Shown here: piece by piece, positions 49,181 to 58,082 of the stretch
Numbering within the stretch: position 1 is the stretch's first letter
How the letters are laid out: each line of letters opens with the position of its first letter
Assembly: GCA_001785985.1 (NCBI GenBank)
Contig: MFVE01000005.1
Span: 16,556 to 80,555, forward strand
DNA from: Candidatus Nomurabacteria bacterium RIFCSPLOWO2_01_FULL_42_17
GTDB taxonomy: Bacteria > Patescibacteriota > Minisyncoccia > Phycocordibacterales > UBA9973
Length of the DNA: 64,000 nt
Direction of reading: 5' to 3'
Translations under genes and position numbers: made by a program
The notes under the pieces: model-generated
What the model was told of the DNA's origin: nothing
The model's input: only the letters and a program-made list of their open reading frames with translations
Databases searched by the model: none

Positions 49181-50047
49181 TTATTTGCTTAATGTCTGAG
49201 TGCCATTGTTATATGGTAATCCATATACCACCTTTTTATTCGAAGCCAGTATTTCTGTGATCTGATCTATTATTTCATTGGGAGTAACAGTGGCTTTGAT
49301 CATAAAACGCACCGCCCCGAGACTTTTCCCCTTTTCAATATCGCTTTCTTGCCCCAAGTTGGACAGCAAGATCACCGGTATGTGCTTGGTCTTTGGATCA
49401 CTTTTGATTCTGCGCAAAATTTCAAAACCATCTATGCCGGAGAGAATGATATCGAGCATCACGATGTCCGGCATTTCTCTATTGATGATTTGTAAAGCCT
49501 CTTCACCTTCATTCGCATGAAAGAAAACGCATTTTGTGCTAGAGAGCTTGCGCGCAATTATATCATTCAAAAATTGATCGTCTTCTACCCAGACTATTTT
49601 TTTACCTTCCAGACTGACTGCATTCGACTTTTGGTTCATGACGCCCTCTAGGGAATTTTCTGGACTCCCAAGTTCCTCGCTTTTTCGAAATTGCGCCCTC
49701 ACTTTGACCAAGACTTCTTCCGGGTCAAACTGAGCTTTGACGATATAGTCTTTTACTCCGAGGGCCAGCGCGCGGTTGATCTCGACCGGCTGTCCAGAAT
49801 TAGAAACGATAATGACGGGGATGAGGGCCAGGGCAGAATCTTTTTGTTTTGCCTCGAGGATCTCGTAGCCATTCATATTTGGCAAGATAATATCGAGCAA
49901 AACCAAGTCCGGCTTGAAAGACCCCATCTGCTCAAAACCTTCTTGGCCGTCTCGCGCGAGCATAGTCTCAAATCCTTCACTGGTTAGTTTTTGGTTTAGA
50001 ACATCTCCCAAAAAAACATCATCTTCAATTATTAAAATTTTTTTCAT
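49181..50047 (-). CDS. Response regulator with two tandem receiver (REC) domains and no output domain
   Basis: KILIIEDDVFL…LVLLDIILPNMNGY… and …KIVWVEDDQFL…IVMLDIILSGIDGF…. Confidence 0.8.
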   Translation of the reverse strand: MKKILIIEDDVFLGDVLNQKLTSEGFETMLARDGQEGFEQMGSFKPDLVLLDIILPNMNGYEILEAKQKDSALALIPVIIVSNSGQPVEINRALALGVKDYIVKAQFDPEEVLVKVRAQFRKSEELGSPENSLEGVMNQKSNAVSLEGKKIVWVEDDQFLNDIIARKLSSTKCVFFHANEGEEALQIINREMPDIVMLDIILSGIDGFEILRRIKSDPKTKHIPVILLSNLGQESDIEKGKSLGAVRFMIKATVTPNEIIDQITEILASNKKVVYGLPYNNGTQTLSK

Positions 50048-50090
50048 CTTTTATAATTCTTTACTTTAAAAACTTTATAACTATTTAGGA

Positions 50091-51359
50091 TTATACGGGG
50101 ACAGTGAAATAAAAAGTGCTCCCCTTGCCTTCGACACTCTCAAACCAAATCTTTCCGCCGTTTTTCTCAATGATAGTTTTGGCGATGTACAGACCAAGTC
50201 CTGAGCCATCGGTCTCTTGTTTTACCGCATTTCGAGCCCGGAAAAACTTTACAAAAACATCTTTCTCTTGATCTTTGGGTATGCCGATGCCACTATCGGA
50301 AATGGAAATAACCAAATGGTCCGTTTCCTTTTTCGCATCTATTTCAATTTTGCCTCCATCTATTGTATATTTAATCGCATTTTCCAGCAAGTTTTGCAGA
50401 ACTGCGCGCATGGTCTCTGGGTCAGCATATACCTTTCCTAGATTTTCAAACTTGCTTTTGTATGCAATGGAAATCTTGCGCTTAGAAGCGGTCGGGCTGA
50501 CTTCGAACAGAACATTGTCCATCAGATCAATAATATCAATATGTTTAAATCCATAATGAATTCGGCCAGACTGGATCCTGTCAGCGACCAACATGTCATT
50601 GACTAGGGTGATCATCCGGGTATTGCTCTCATAAGTTTTCATTAAAAAAGTTTTTTGCTCGTCATTCAGAGTCCCCAGATCGCCAGAGAGCAACATGGAG
50701 AGAGTCCATTTTATGCCAGAGAGAGGCGTTCGCAACTGGTGCGCGACGACAGATATGAAATCTGACTTTATTTTATCAAGCTCTTGGAGCTTTTCATTGG
50801 CTCTGGTTAACTCGAGATCCCTGCGGATGAGCAATCTGGCGCCTTTCTGCTGTTCAGTTAGAAGATTCTTCAGATCCTCCGTGCGTTCTTTGATTTTATT
50901 TTCAAGATCATTATTTAATTTTTGAAGCTCCTGCGTCTTTTGAAGCACCCGAGCCTCAAGTTCTTCTTTGGAAAGATACCCAATTCGATACCGCTCCAGA
51001 TAGCCCTCGGGTATATAAGATATTATCGTTGGACCAACCAGAGCGACTGAATATAACTTTTCTAGTTCTGTATAGATAGCCTCTAAGCGATTCTCGGTAA
51101 AATCAAAACCGAAAGATTTAGAAAGAACATCAATAATTCTTTTAACTACATCTTTAAAAAGATCGGGAGCAAAAGATGCTGGAAAAACGCTCCCAGTTTT
51201 TTTCGCAAAGAATCCTTTTTTTTCTACTTGCAAAAATATTTCTTTGATCGGCCTGTCTCCGACAATTTCCTCTATTCGAGAGGCATCAAAAAGATCAGAC
51301 AAACTGCGTATGAGAAGATTGGCAAATTTAAATATAATTTCTTGCTCTTTCTCAGTCAT
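50091..51359 (-). CDS. Cytoplasmic sensor histidine kinase (coiled-coil + HisKA + HATPase_c)
   Basis: H-box SVVAHQLRTPLSG. N, G1 and G2 boxes (…DSGIGIP…GSGLGL…). Confidence 0.85.
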   Translation of the reverse strand: MTEKEQEIIFKFANLLIRSLSDLFDASRIEEIVGDRPIKEIFLQVEKKGFFAKKTGSVFPASFAPDLFKDVVKRIIDVLSKSFGFDFTENRLEAIYTELEKLYSVALVGPTIISYIPEGYLERYRIGYLSKEELEARVLQKTQELQKLNNDLENKIKERTEDLKNLLTEQQKGARLLIRRDLELTRANEKLQELDKIKSDFISVVAHQLRTPLSGIKWTLSMLLSGDLGTLNDEQKTFLMKTYESNTRMITLVNDMLVADRIQSGRIHYGFKHIDIIDLMDNVLFEVSPTASKRKISIAYKSKFENLGKVYADPETMRAVLQNLLENAIKYTIDGGKIEIDAKKETDHLVISISDSGIGIPKDQEKDVFVKFFRARNAVKQETDGSGLGLYIAKTIIEKNGGKIWFESVEGKGSTFYFTVPV

Positions 51360-51384
51360 ATTTCATATATTGTTATCTTGTCAA

Positions 51385-51717
51385 TCAATTAGCAACCAGC
51401 CCGGAAAGTTTGCGAGTAGAAATAACAAAGAAAATCATACCGACACTCATCAACAAGTGATGAATGTCAAGGGTTGCACCAGCAACGATATACATGTGCC
51501 CATAAAATGTTGACCAGATAATAGCGACAACATTGGCAGCCATTCCTAAATTGAAAAATCTGATAGCCGAAGAAAGTTTACCACCAAGAGATTTATTAAG
51601 GCGAAGAAGAGAATAAATAGCTACAATTCCTACAAGGATAGCGATAGTATCTAATACAGTTTGAAACTGTAGCACACCGGAAGCGACAGGAACCATCTCA
51701 TGAGTTGTTGGCATCAT
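51385..51717 (-). CDS. Hypothetical small membrane protein
   Basis: 110 aa with 3 predicted TM helices. Sits between the HK and the FIST gene. Confidence 0.35.
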   Translation of the reverse strand: MMPTTHEMVPVASGVLQFQTVLDTIAILVGIVAIYSLLRLNKSLGGKLSSAIRFFNLGMAANVVAIIWSTFYGHMYIVAGATLDIHHLLMSVGMIFFVISTRKLSGLVAN

Positions 51718-51747
51718 ATAAATATAAATTAACTAATAATAATTTTC

Positions 51748-52968
51748 TTAATCCGCTAAAACACAGATAACCACGGTTTCATTATGAAAAGCTGAATTGC
51801 ATTGCTCTATATTTTTGACCTCGCCTCCAAGTGGAGCTTGCTCGCCATAAGTATAAAAACCAATCAGAGGAACTTCTTTGCCGATCGCCTGCTGGATCGC
51901 ATTTATTTCGTCTCCGGACTTTTCGCCAAAAAGTTTATTGCGGGCTATGCAGTTGAAGATGATGACTGCTTTTGGAGCACTGCCTTCTAATTGCGCGACT
52001 GCATTTTCGGCGGCAATTTTTGCCACTTTCACCGCTTCTTCGCGACTGCCCACCATCAAACGGACTTCTGAACCTTCTGGGATTTCCGCGGCGCAAGTGA
52101 TCGATCCATGTTCATCCACCGTGATCGGGTCTCGAATCAATAATTCATCGCTGCCGGCTACCTTCATCCCGAGCGGATAGGTGATGGCCAGTTTTGCTAG
52201 CGCTTCGGTACGCATTATTTTTGCTTCTTCTCCAAAGTAATCCTCGTAGATCTTGACTGCTGGAGCGCCATTAATTTCATGAATAACCGCGCCCTCCGAT
52301 TTAGTAACTTTCATGGACTCTCCGACCGGAATCCATCCATGCTTGACTCCGATACCGATCTTGAAATTGCCAACCAGCCCGAGCCCCACGACTGCGCCGG
52401 AATACACTTTGTCATTGACATACTGATATGTCTTCTTAAAAGCAAAATCGTCTCCCGAAGCTCCGCCCACGACCGGAAAATGAGCGCCGAGAGAATCTAA
52501 CACCCCACGCACGATGTCCGCACCATTCCCGACCAGTACGTCAGGCATCATCATGAAAGCCTTGAGAGAATCACCAGCTTGCTCTTTTACTTTGTCAGCA
52601 GCCATCTTTCCAGCCAACCTCGGATTCGCTAAAATATTTTCTCCGACGCCGACAAAATATTTTATTTCCGGAGATTTTATCGCCATGATAGCGACAGAAT
52701 GTTCTTTCATCGGGCCAGCAGTCGTGATCTCTCCGGAAGTCGAAGAGCCAACAAGTAGCGCCTCTTTTGCTACTGATCGCACGCCATCGATCACCTTCTG
52801 TTGATCATATTTAACCGAAGAAAAAACAATCAATAAATCTGGATTCTTGTCACCCAGCTGATCTATCGCATCTTGGCAGGCATTCACGCCGACTGCATAA
52901 GAATCGTCTCCGTATGCCATTCCCACACTCGCCTTCATTCCTTTTGTTTCCATCCCGTTAGAAATCAT
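51748..52968 (-). CDS. FIST-domain (FIST_N + FIST_C) sensory protein. True start is probably the second ATG at 52953 (METKG…).
   Basis: 406 aa with the Gly-rich FIST architecture. The first five codons coincide with the TTCTAACGGG motif that directly precedes the ATG of pilB. Confidence 0.7.
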   Translation of the reverse strand: MISNGMETKGMKASVGMAYGDDSYAVGVNACQDAIDQLGDKNPDLLIVFSSVKYDQQKVIDGVRSVAKEALLVGSSTSGEITTAGPMKEHSVAIMAIKSPEIKYFVGVGENILANPRLAGKMAADKVKEQAGDSLKAFMMMPDVLVGNGADIVRGVLDSLGAHFPVVGGASGDDFAFKKTYQYVNDKVYSGAVVGLGLVGNFKIGIGVKHGWIPVGESMKVTKSEGAVIHEINGAPAVKIYEDYFGEEAKIMRTEALAKLAITYPLGMKVAGSDELLIRDPITVDEHGSITCAAEIPEGSEVRLMVGSREEAVKVAKIAAENAVAQLEGSAPKAVIIFNCIARNKLFGEKSGDEINAIQQAIGKEVPLIGFYTYGEQAPLGGEVKNIEQCNSAFHNETVVICVLAD

Positions 52969-53056
52969 ACCATCTGTACAAATATTGCTATGTATAAAGA
53001 CAGTTAATTATTGTTAATTTTATAATATTATCCCGTTCTGTAAATTTCTAACGGGA
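52953..53056. promoter_or_regulatory. Leader hairpin from inverted TCCCGTTAGAAA motifs ending at the (second) ATG of the FIST gene
   Basis: Minus-strand mRNA: TCCCGTTAGAAAT…(about 80 nt)…ATTTCTAACGGG-AUG-GAA. Same architecture as the pilB leader. Confidence 0.5.
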
Positions 53057-53121
53057 TCCATAAAAAAATTGATTATCTGATAACAGCATTTATTATACCA
53101 ACTGATAGTAAATAGCGCTAG

Positions 53122-53208
53122 CGGATGAGGTGAGATTCGAACTCACGGTCCTTTTTAGGGGACGGCGGTTTAGTAAACCGCTACCTTAAGCCACTCGGTC
53201 ACTCATCC
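53122..53208 (-). tRNA. Class II tRNA (Ser-like: long variable arm, discriminator G) with apparent anticodon ACU (loop UUACUAA)
   Basis: Reverse complement folds with acceptor GGAUGAG/CUCAUCC, D-stem ACC/GGU, anticodon stem GCGGU/ACCGC, variable arm GUCC…GGAC and T-arm GUGAG-UUCGAAU-CUCAC. The A34 anticodon is unusual, so the assignment is tentative. Confidence 0.55.
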
Positions 53209-53298
53209 TGAACACAGAAAAGTATAGCAATAAAAATTGGAAAATAGCAAAAATATGCAAAAATATGCTAGAGTAATTGAGTTTCAGGATATTTTAAA

Positions 53299-53387
53299 GG
53301 AGCCGTGTTGGAGTGGTCTATCAAGCATCTTTGCTAAAGATGTAGGGGCTTTAAAACCCCTCGAGGGTTCGAATCCCTCCGGCTCCG
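53299..53387 (+). tRNA. tRNA-Ser (anticodon GCU)
   Basis: Acceptor GGAGCCG/CGGCUCC, anticodon stem CAUCU/AGAUG, loop UUGCUAA, long variable arm, T-arm GAGGG-UUCGAAU-CCCUC and discriminator G. Confidence 0.85.
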
Positions 53388-53392
53388 CCTTT

Positions 53393-53644
53393 TTAATTTT
53401 TACGATGTTTTTTCTTTCTCCTGAAAAGAAAATTAAAGATCACACTATGTCTGACCTCTTCCAGCATTTCTTTGGTAGTGTCTCCGATGCTGTCAATATC
53501 CTTTTCTACCTTGCGCATAATCTCAGATAAAACATTGGTGGCGCGAATAAGGTAAAACAAAAATATAAAGGCCATGATTCCCAAGACGACGAAGCCGACG
53601 GAAGAAATAAAAAAGAAAATTTGTGATTCTATAATTGCATCCAT
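53393..53644 (-). CDS. Hypothetical small membrane protein
   Basis: 83 aa with one TM helix and a basic C-terminus. Weak. Confidence 0.3.
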   Translation of the reverse strand: MDAIIESQIFFFISSVGFVVLGIMAFIFLFYLIRATNVLSEIMRKVEKDIDSIGDTTKEMLEEVRHSVIFNFLFRRKKKHRKN

Positions 53645-53754
53645 AATTCATATTGTATCATATTAGTTATATATAGGATACTATATATCAACGGCATTCG
53701 GATATTAAATAAGTAAACTTATTCATACTCCTCATTTGTTGCTATAATTCACAA

Positions 53755-55965
53755 ATGGAACTGCACGACAAACTAGAGGTGAAATTCCGTCTAGATCCAA
53801 TCCAAAGAAGAGCTCTCTCGAAGCTCAAGCTCTTTTCAGTTGCTGATTTGCTTTTTCACTTCCCTATTCGCTACAGCGACATCAGTGAGGTAAAAAAGAT
53901 TACCGAACTAACCCCGGGAGACATGGCGACGGTATATGGAAAAGTCTCAAAATTAAAAACCAAAAAAAGTTTTCGCTCAAGAATTCCTATGGCTGAGGGC
54001 GAAATTGCGGACTTGTCCGGTAAAATAAAAATAATTTGGTTCAACCAAGCCTATTTAGCCAAGATGCTCCACGACGGAGATAATGTGAAATTAACGGGCA
54101 AAGTAACAGCAAGTAAGAATGGTGCCTATCTGGCCAATCCAGAATTTGAAAAGATGAAAAATATGCCGATAGATTCGCACGATAGTCTTTTTACACCCTC
54201 ACCCCGGCCCTCTCCCGAAGGGAGAGGGAGTCGGGAGACGACTGGATTATCCTATCCTATCTACGCTGAAACTCGCGGAATAACTAGCAAGTGGTTTTAT
54301 CATGCAATAGAAAAAATACTAAGAGAAAAAACTTTGGATAATATTACAGACTATATACCCGGCGATATTTTAAAAAAATACAGTTTACCAACTCTGAAAA
54401 CCGCGCTGATCTGGATTCATAAGCCAAAAAATGCCAAGGACGCGCAGTCGGCGCGCAAAAGATTCGCCTTCGAAGAAGTTTTCTGCATTCAGCTCGAGCG
54501 CCAACATGACAAGTTTGAGTACAGAAAAAATAAATCTTTCCAAGTAAAAACTTCTGAGAAAAATGTGGCGGATTTTTTAAAACGCTTTCCCTTTGAACCC
54601 ACAAATTCTCAGAAAAAATCGATTGAAATAATCTTGGGAGATATGGCAAAAACTTTCCCAATGTCTCGACTATTGGAGGGCGACGTCGGAAGTGGAAAAA
54701 CTGCGGTGGCTGCCACCGCTAGTTATGTGACAGTGCAAGAACGTCCGAGTGGGCAAAATTTTGGCAATTTGCAAGTTGCCTATATGGCACCGACGGAAAT
54801 TTTAGCAACTCAGCATTTTGAATCTTTTATCGAATATTTCAAACACTTACCGATAAATATCGGACTCATCACTGGGTCTGGTTGTAGAAAATTCCCCTCC
54901 AAAACTCAGGTGTACGGCCCCGCCGGAGGCGGGGTAAACTGGACGACAATCTCGCGAGCACAACTTTTGAAATGGGTAGCTAATGGAGAAATACCTATTC
55001 TCATAGGCACGCACGCACTGATTCAGAAAACGGTTAAATTTAAAAACTTGGCTCTGGTCGTGATAGATGAACAACACAGATTCGGCACAGCCCAAAGAAG
55101 AAAACTGGTTCGCAAAGACAACGTTGCTCCGCATTTGCTCTCGATGACGGCCACCCCTATCCCCCGCACGCTCGCACTCACTATTTATGGAGACCTCGAC
55201 CTCTCACTCCTCGATGAAATGCCCGCCGGCAGAAAAGAAATAATTACAGAAATTATAACGCCAAATAAACGCGAAGAAACCTATGAAAAAATAAAAAAAG
55301 AATTAAAAGACGGCAGACAGCTCTATGTGATTTGCCCGAGAATTTTCGAGCCAAATCCAGAAAAAGAATTAGCGCTCAATGTAAAATCTGCAGTAGAAGA
55401 AGCTAAAAGATTAAAAAAAGGGGTTTTCAAAGAATATGAAATAGGCGTACTCCACAGCAAGATGAGCAAAGAGAAAAAAGAAGAAGTAATGGAAGATTTC
55501 GTTTCCGGTAAAATAAATATTTTGTGCGCGACATCAGTGGTGGAAGTAGGAGTAAATGTGCCAAACGCCACTGTAATAATAATAGAGGGCGCGGAGCGGT
55601 TCGGCTTGGCGCAACTCCACCAGCTTCGTGGACGCGTAATCAGAAGTACACATCAAGCTTACTGCTTTATTTTTGCAGACGCTAAAAGCGACAAGACCAT
55701 AGCTAGATTGAAAGCCTTAAAAACTGCAAAAAATGGTTTTGAACTTGCAGAATTAGACCTGACTCTCCGCGGCGCGGGCGAACTCGGAGGAACCAAACAA
55801 TGGGGCATCACCGACCTCGGAATGGAAGCGATAAAAAATATAAAAATGGTCGAAGCCGCCCGCACGGAAGCGATTCGCCTAATAGAAACCGACCCCGAAC
55901 TTTCTAAGTATCCGTTATTAAAATCTAAGGTAAAAACTAAGGCAGGAGAATTCCACTTTGAGTAA
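53755..55965 (+). CDS. recG: ATP-dependent DNA helicase RecG
   Basis: Wedge/OB N-terminus, DEAH-type helicase motifs (…GDVGSGKTAVA…, …VIDEQHRFG…, …QLRGRV…). Contains an in-frame GC-rich palindromic insert at 54194-54230. Confidence 0.92.
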   Translation: MELHDKLEVKFRLDPIQRRALSKLKLFSVADLLFHFPIRYSDISEVKKITELTPGDMATVYGKVSKLKTKKSFRSRIPMAEGEIADLSGKIKIIWFNQAYLAKMLHDGDNVKLTGKVTASKNGAYLANPEFEKMKNMPIDSHDSLFTPSPRPSPEGRGSRETTGLSYPIYAETRGITSKWFYHAIEKILREKTLDNITDYIPGDILKKYSLPTLKTALIWIHKPKNAKDAQSARKRFAFEEVFCIQLERQHDKFEYRKNKSFQVKTSEKNVADFLKRFPFEPTNSQKKSIEIILGDMAKTFPMSRLLEGDVGSGKTAVAATASYVTVQERPSGQNFGNLQVAYMAPTEILATQHFESFIEYFKHLPINIGLITGSGCRKFPSKTQVYGPAGGGVNWTTISRAQLLKWVANGEIPILIGTHALIQKTVKFKNLALVVIDEQHRFGTAQRRKLVRKDNVAPHLLSMTATPIPRTLALTIYGDLDLSLLDEMPAGRKEIITEIITPNKREETYEKIKKELKDGRQLYVICPRIFEPNPEKELALNVKSAVEEAKRLKKGVFKEYEIGVLHSKMSKEKKEEVMEDFVSGKINILCATSVVEVGVNVPNATVIIIEGAERFGLAQLHQLRGRVIRSTHQAYCFIFADAKSDKTIARLKALKTAKNGFELAELDLTLRGAGELGGTKQWGITDLGMEAIKNIKMVEAARTEAIRLIETDPELSKYPLLKSKVKTKAGEFHFE
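54194..54230. repeat. GC-rich palindromic element inserted in frame in recG (CACCCTCACCCC…CCCTCTCCCgaaGGGAGAGGG)
   Basis: Same family as the rnr and ligA inserts. Encodes …SPRPSPEGRGS…. Confidence 0.8.
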
Positions 55966-56090
55966 AAAGCCGCCTGCCCGCAATGCTAAAGCATAGCTTT
56001 TGCAGGCGGGGGAATTCCATTTTGAATGATGTTATCACTTTGAGACAGCCGTCAATTTTGATAACATTAATATTTGTTAATAACAGGTGC
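55948..56090. repeat. Direct repeat 1 (GAATTCCACTTTGA-hairpin CCGCCTGC…GCAGGCGG-GAATTCCATTTTGA), doubling as a terminator between recG and the Pif1-like gene
   Basis: About 72 bp at roughly 93% identity to 58927-58998, with weaker similarity for another 60 bp. 8-bp GC stem followed by T-run on the minus strand. Confidence 0.7.
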
Positions 56091-56095
56091 AAGCG

Positions 56096-57700
56096 CTATT
56101 CCTCTATCAGCCCTAACTTTACAAGTCTAGAACGAATCCCGCCGACTTGGCGACCAGTCTGCACAGAAATATTTTTTAGGGACTTTCCACTTTTAAACGC
56201 TTGCGCGACTTCTGTTTCTTCGATCTGCGTCCATTTTTTATAAGCATTTTGATGCTTCTCGCGGATTTGTTCTAGCCGACCAATTGCTGGCGCTTCTTTG
56301 ATTAAAGAACTTGTTTCAGGTTTCCATTTTCCACCCAAGGTGATGATAAAATTCTTTCGCATTTTTTCGTTATCTTCGGAGGAAATTCTCGCAAATACTT
56401 CGCAGGCTTGTTTCGACCCTTCTCGAAAAGCAACATCTTTTTCTAAAATCTGCGGATGAACTTTAAAAGCGCGCTCATTTATACCCAAAAGATAGAGACC
56501 CGACAAACGCCGCACCCGAGATAGCGCCACATATCCCTGCCCAAATTCAAACACTTCTGAAAGATCCATCACCGCGGCATCCATACTCATCCCCTGACTC
56601 TTGTGCACTGTGATGGCCCACGCCAGGCGCAATGGAACTTGGGTAATCTTCGCTTTGATTTTTCCATTTTCTTCAACACTCCAATCCATCGGCGCTACAG
56701 TTATATTTCTCCCATTTTTTGTTTTAATAATCGGGTATCCAGTAAATTGTTCAAACTCTATCACTGTCCCTAGTGTCCCATTCACAAATCTTTCTTTCGG
56801 GTTGTTTTTGGTGCACATCACCACGGCGCCCACTTTGAGTTCTAAATCCTCTGGAGAAAGACATCCCCTCTTGAGCGCCGAGATGATTGCTTCCCCACCG
56901 CTCGCAGTCATTAGAAAATGCTTTGATTCCATTTCTATTTTTCCGAGCATTCCCCCATTCACCTGATCCACATTAACATTATGCGAAAAAAGTTTCGGTA
57001 TATTTTCGGGAAAATCCATAGAGACGCTCATGCGCGAATGTATCTGATCAAGATGCGGCTTCTCCATACTACCGCGACGAATAGCGGACAAAACTGAAAG
57101 AAAATCCGCATCATCCTGTCTATGTTGCTCGGTGAGATAGCAGACAACAGGCGAGAGCCTCCGCCAAACATCCGAATCAAAAGCAAAACGCGTTTTATCT
57201 CTTATTCCCTTTGTTTCTTGTTTGATTAAACTTTGTTGCGCGCTTTTTTCATATAATCTTTTTTCTATGGGCGGAAGCTGAAAAAAGTCTCCAACTAAAA
57301 TAACCTGTAGGCCACCAAAAGGCAGGGCGCTCTGCTTGATCTCTCGGCAAACTGCATCAATCATCAATAGAGTTTCGGCTCGAAGCATTGACACCTCATC
57401 GATGATGAGGACGCGAGTTTTACCAATGCGTCTGTTGAGATATTCACTGCTCCCTATTTTATCTAAATCATATTTCGTCAGAGTTTCTTTTATGCCTATT
57501 CCGCTCCAAGAGTGTATGGTCATGCCACCGATATGAGTCGCCGCGATGCCAGTCGAAGCAGTGATAGCCGGCTCTATATCGCGAGCGCGCAAATATGAAA
57601 CAAATTGATTGATAGTATAAGTCTTGCCAGCGCCCGGTTCACCCGTCAGGAAAACATTCGCCCCGGTTTTTAGTATAGCCAACGCTTCATTTTGAGTCAT
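56096..57700 (-). CDS. Pif1/RecD-family (AAA_30 + UvrD_C_2) helicase with C-terminal HTH-like domain
   Basis: Walker A TGEPGAGKTY, Pif1 motifs (…LIIDEVSML…, …VGDFFQLPP…), and C-terminal …SLKNISVQTGRQVGGIRSRLVKLGL. Confidence 0.8.
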   Translation of the reverse strand: MTQNEALAILKTGANVFLTGEPGAGKTYTINQFVSYLRARDIEPAITASTGIAATHIGGMTIHSWSGIGIKETLTKYDLDKIGSSEYLNRRIGKTRVLIIDEVSMLRAETLLMIDAVCREIKQSALPFGGLQVILVGDFFQLPPIEKRLYEKSAQQSLIKQETKGIRDKTRFAFDSDVWRRLSPVVCYLTEQHRQDDADFLSVLSAIRRGSMEKPHLDQIHSRMSVSMDFPENIPKLFSHNVNVDQVNGGMLGKIEMESKHFLMTASGGEAIISALKRGCLSPEDLELKVGAVVMCTKNNPKERFVNGTLGTVIEFEQFTGYPIIKTKNGRNITVAPMDWSVEENGKIKAKITQVPLRLAWAITVHKSQGMSMDAAVMDLSEVFEFGQGYVALSRVRRLSGLYLLGINERAFKVHPQILEKDVAFREGSKQACEVFARISSEDNEKMRKNFIITLGGKWKPETSSLIKEAPAIGRLEQIREKHQNAYKKWTQIEETEVAQAFKSGKSLKNISVQTGRQVGGIRSRLVKLGLIEE

Positions 57701-58082
57701 GATTTTTTCTTAAACTAGATAAATATTCTTTTATTCTTTCTCTATCTTCATTTTCTTTATCGCCCTTAAAGTATATTTCAATATACATAAATTCAAATCT
57801 ATCATTGTGATAGGCGTAAATAATCCTAATATTTCTATTTCTCAAAGACTTACATAGTATACGCGCTTTTACTATCTTAACATTTTCATCACTATACATT
57901 GTTACAAAATTCTTGCCGAAACCTGTCGGATTTTCAAAAATAAAACGCTCAAATATTTTAATATCGTCATTTAAACTTCTAAATTTCTTAAGAAGCTGAT
58001 CAAACTCTTTTTTAAACTCGGGCAAGTAGTTAGAGTGGTTCATATTCTCCCACAGAAGTTTCTTCTGGTCGATAAAAAGCAA
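57687..58082 (-). CDS. Putative toxin of a toxin-antitoxin pair (small RelE/ParE-like-sized protein downstream of a Panacea-domain antitoxin)
   Basis: 131 aa, overlaps the upstream HTH-Panacea gene by 53 nt. Lys/Arg-rich core …RIIYAYHNDRFEFMYIEIYFKGDKENEDRE…. Confidence 0.4.
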   Translation of the reverse strand: MLFIDQKKLLWENMNHSNYLPEFKKEFDQLLKKFRSLNDDIKIFERFIFENPTGFGKNFVTMYSDENVKIVKARILCKSLRNRNIRIIYAYHNDRFEFMYIEIYFKGDKENEDRERIKEYLSSLRKNHDSK

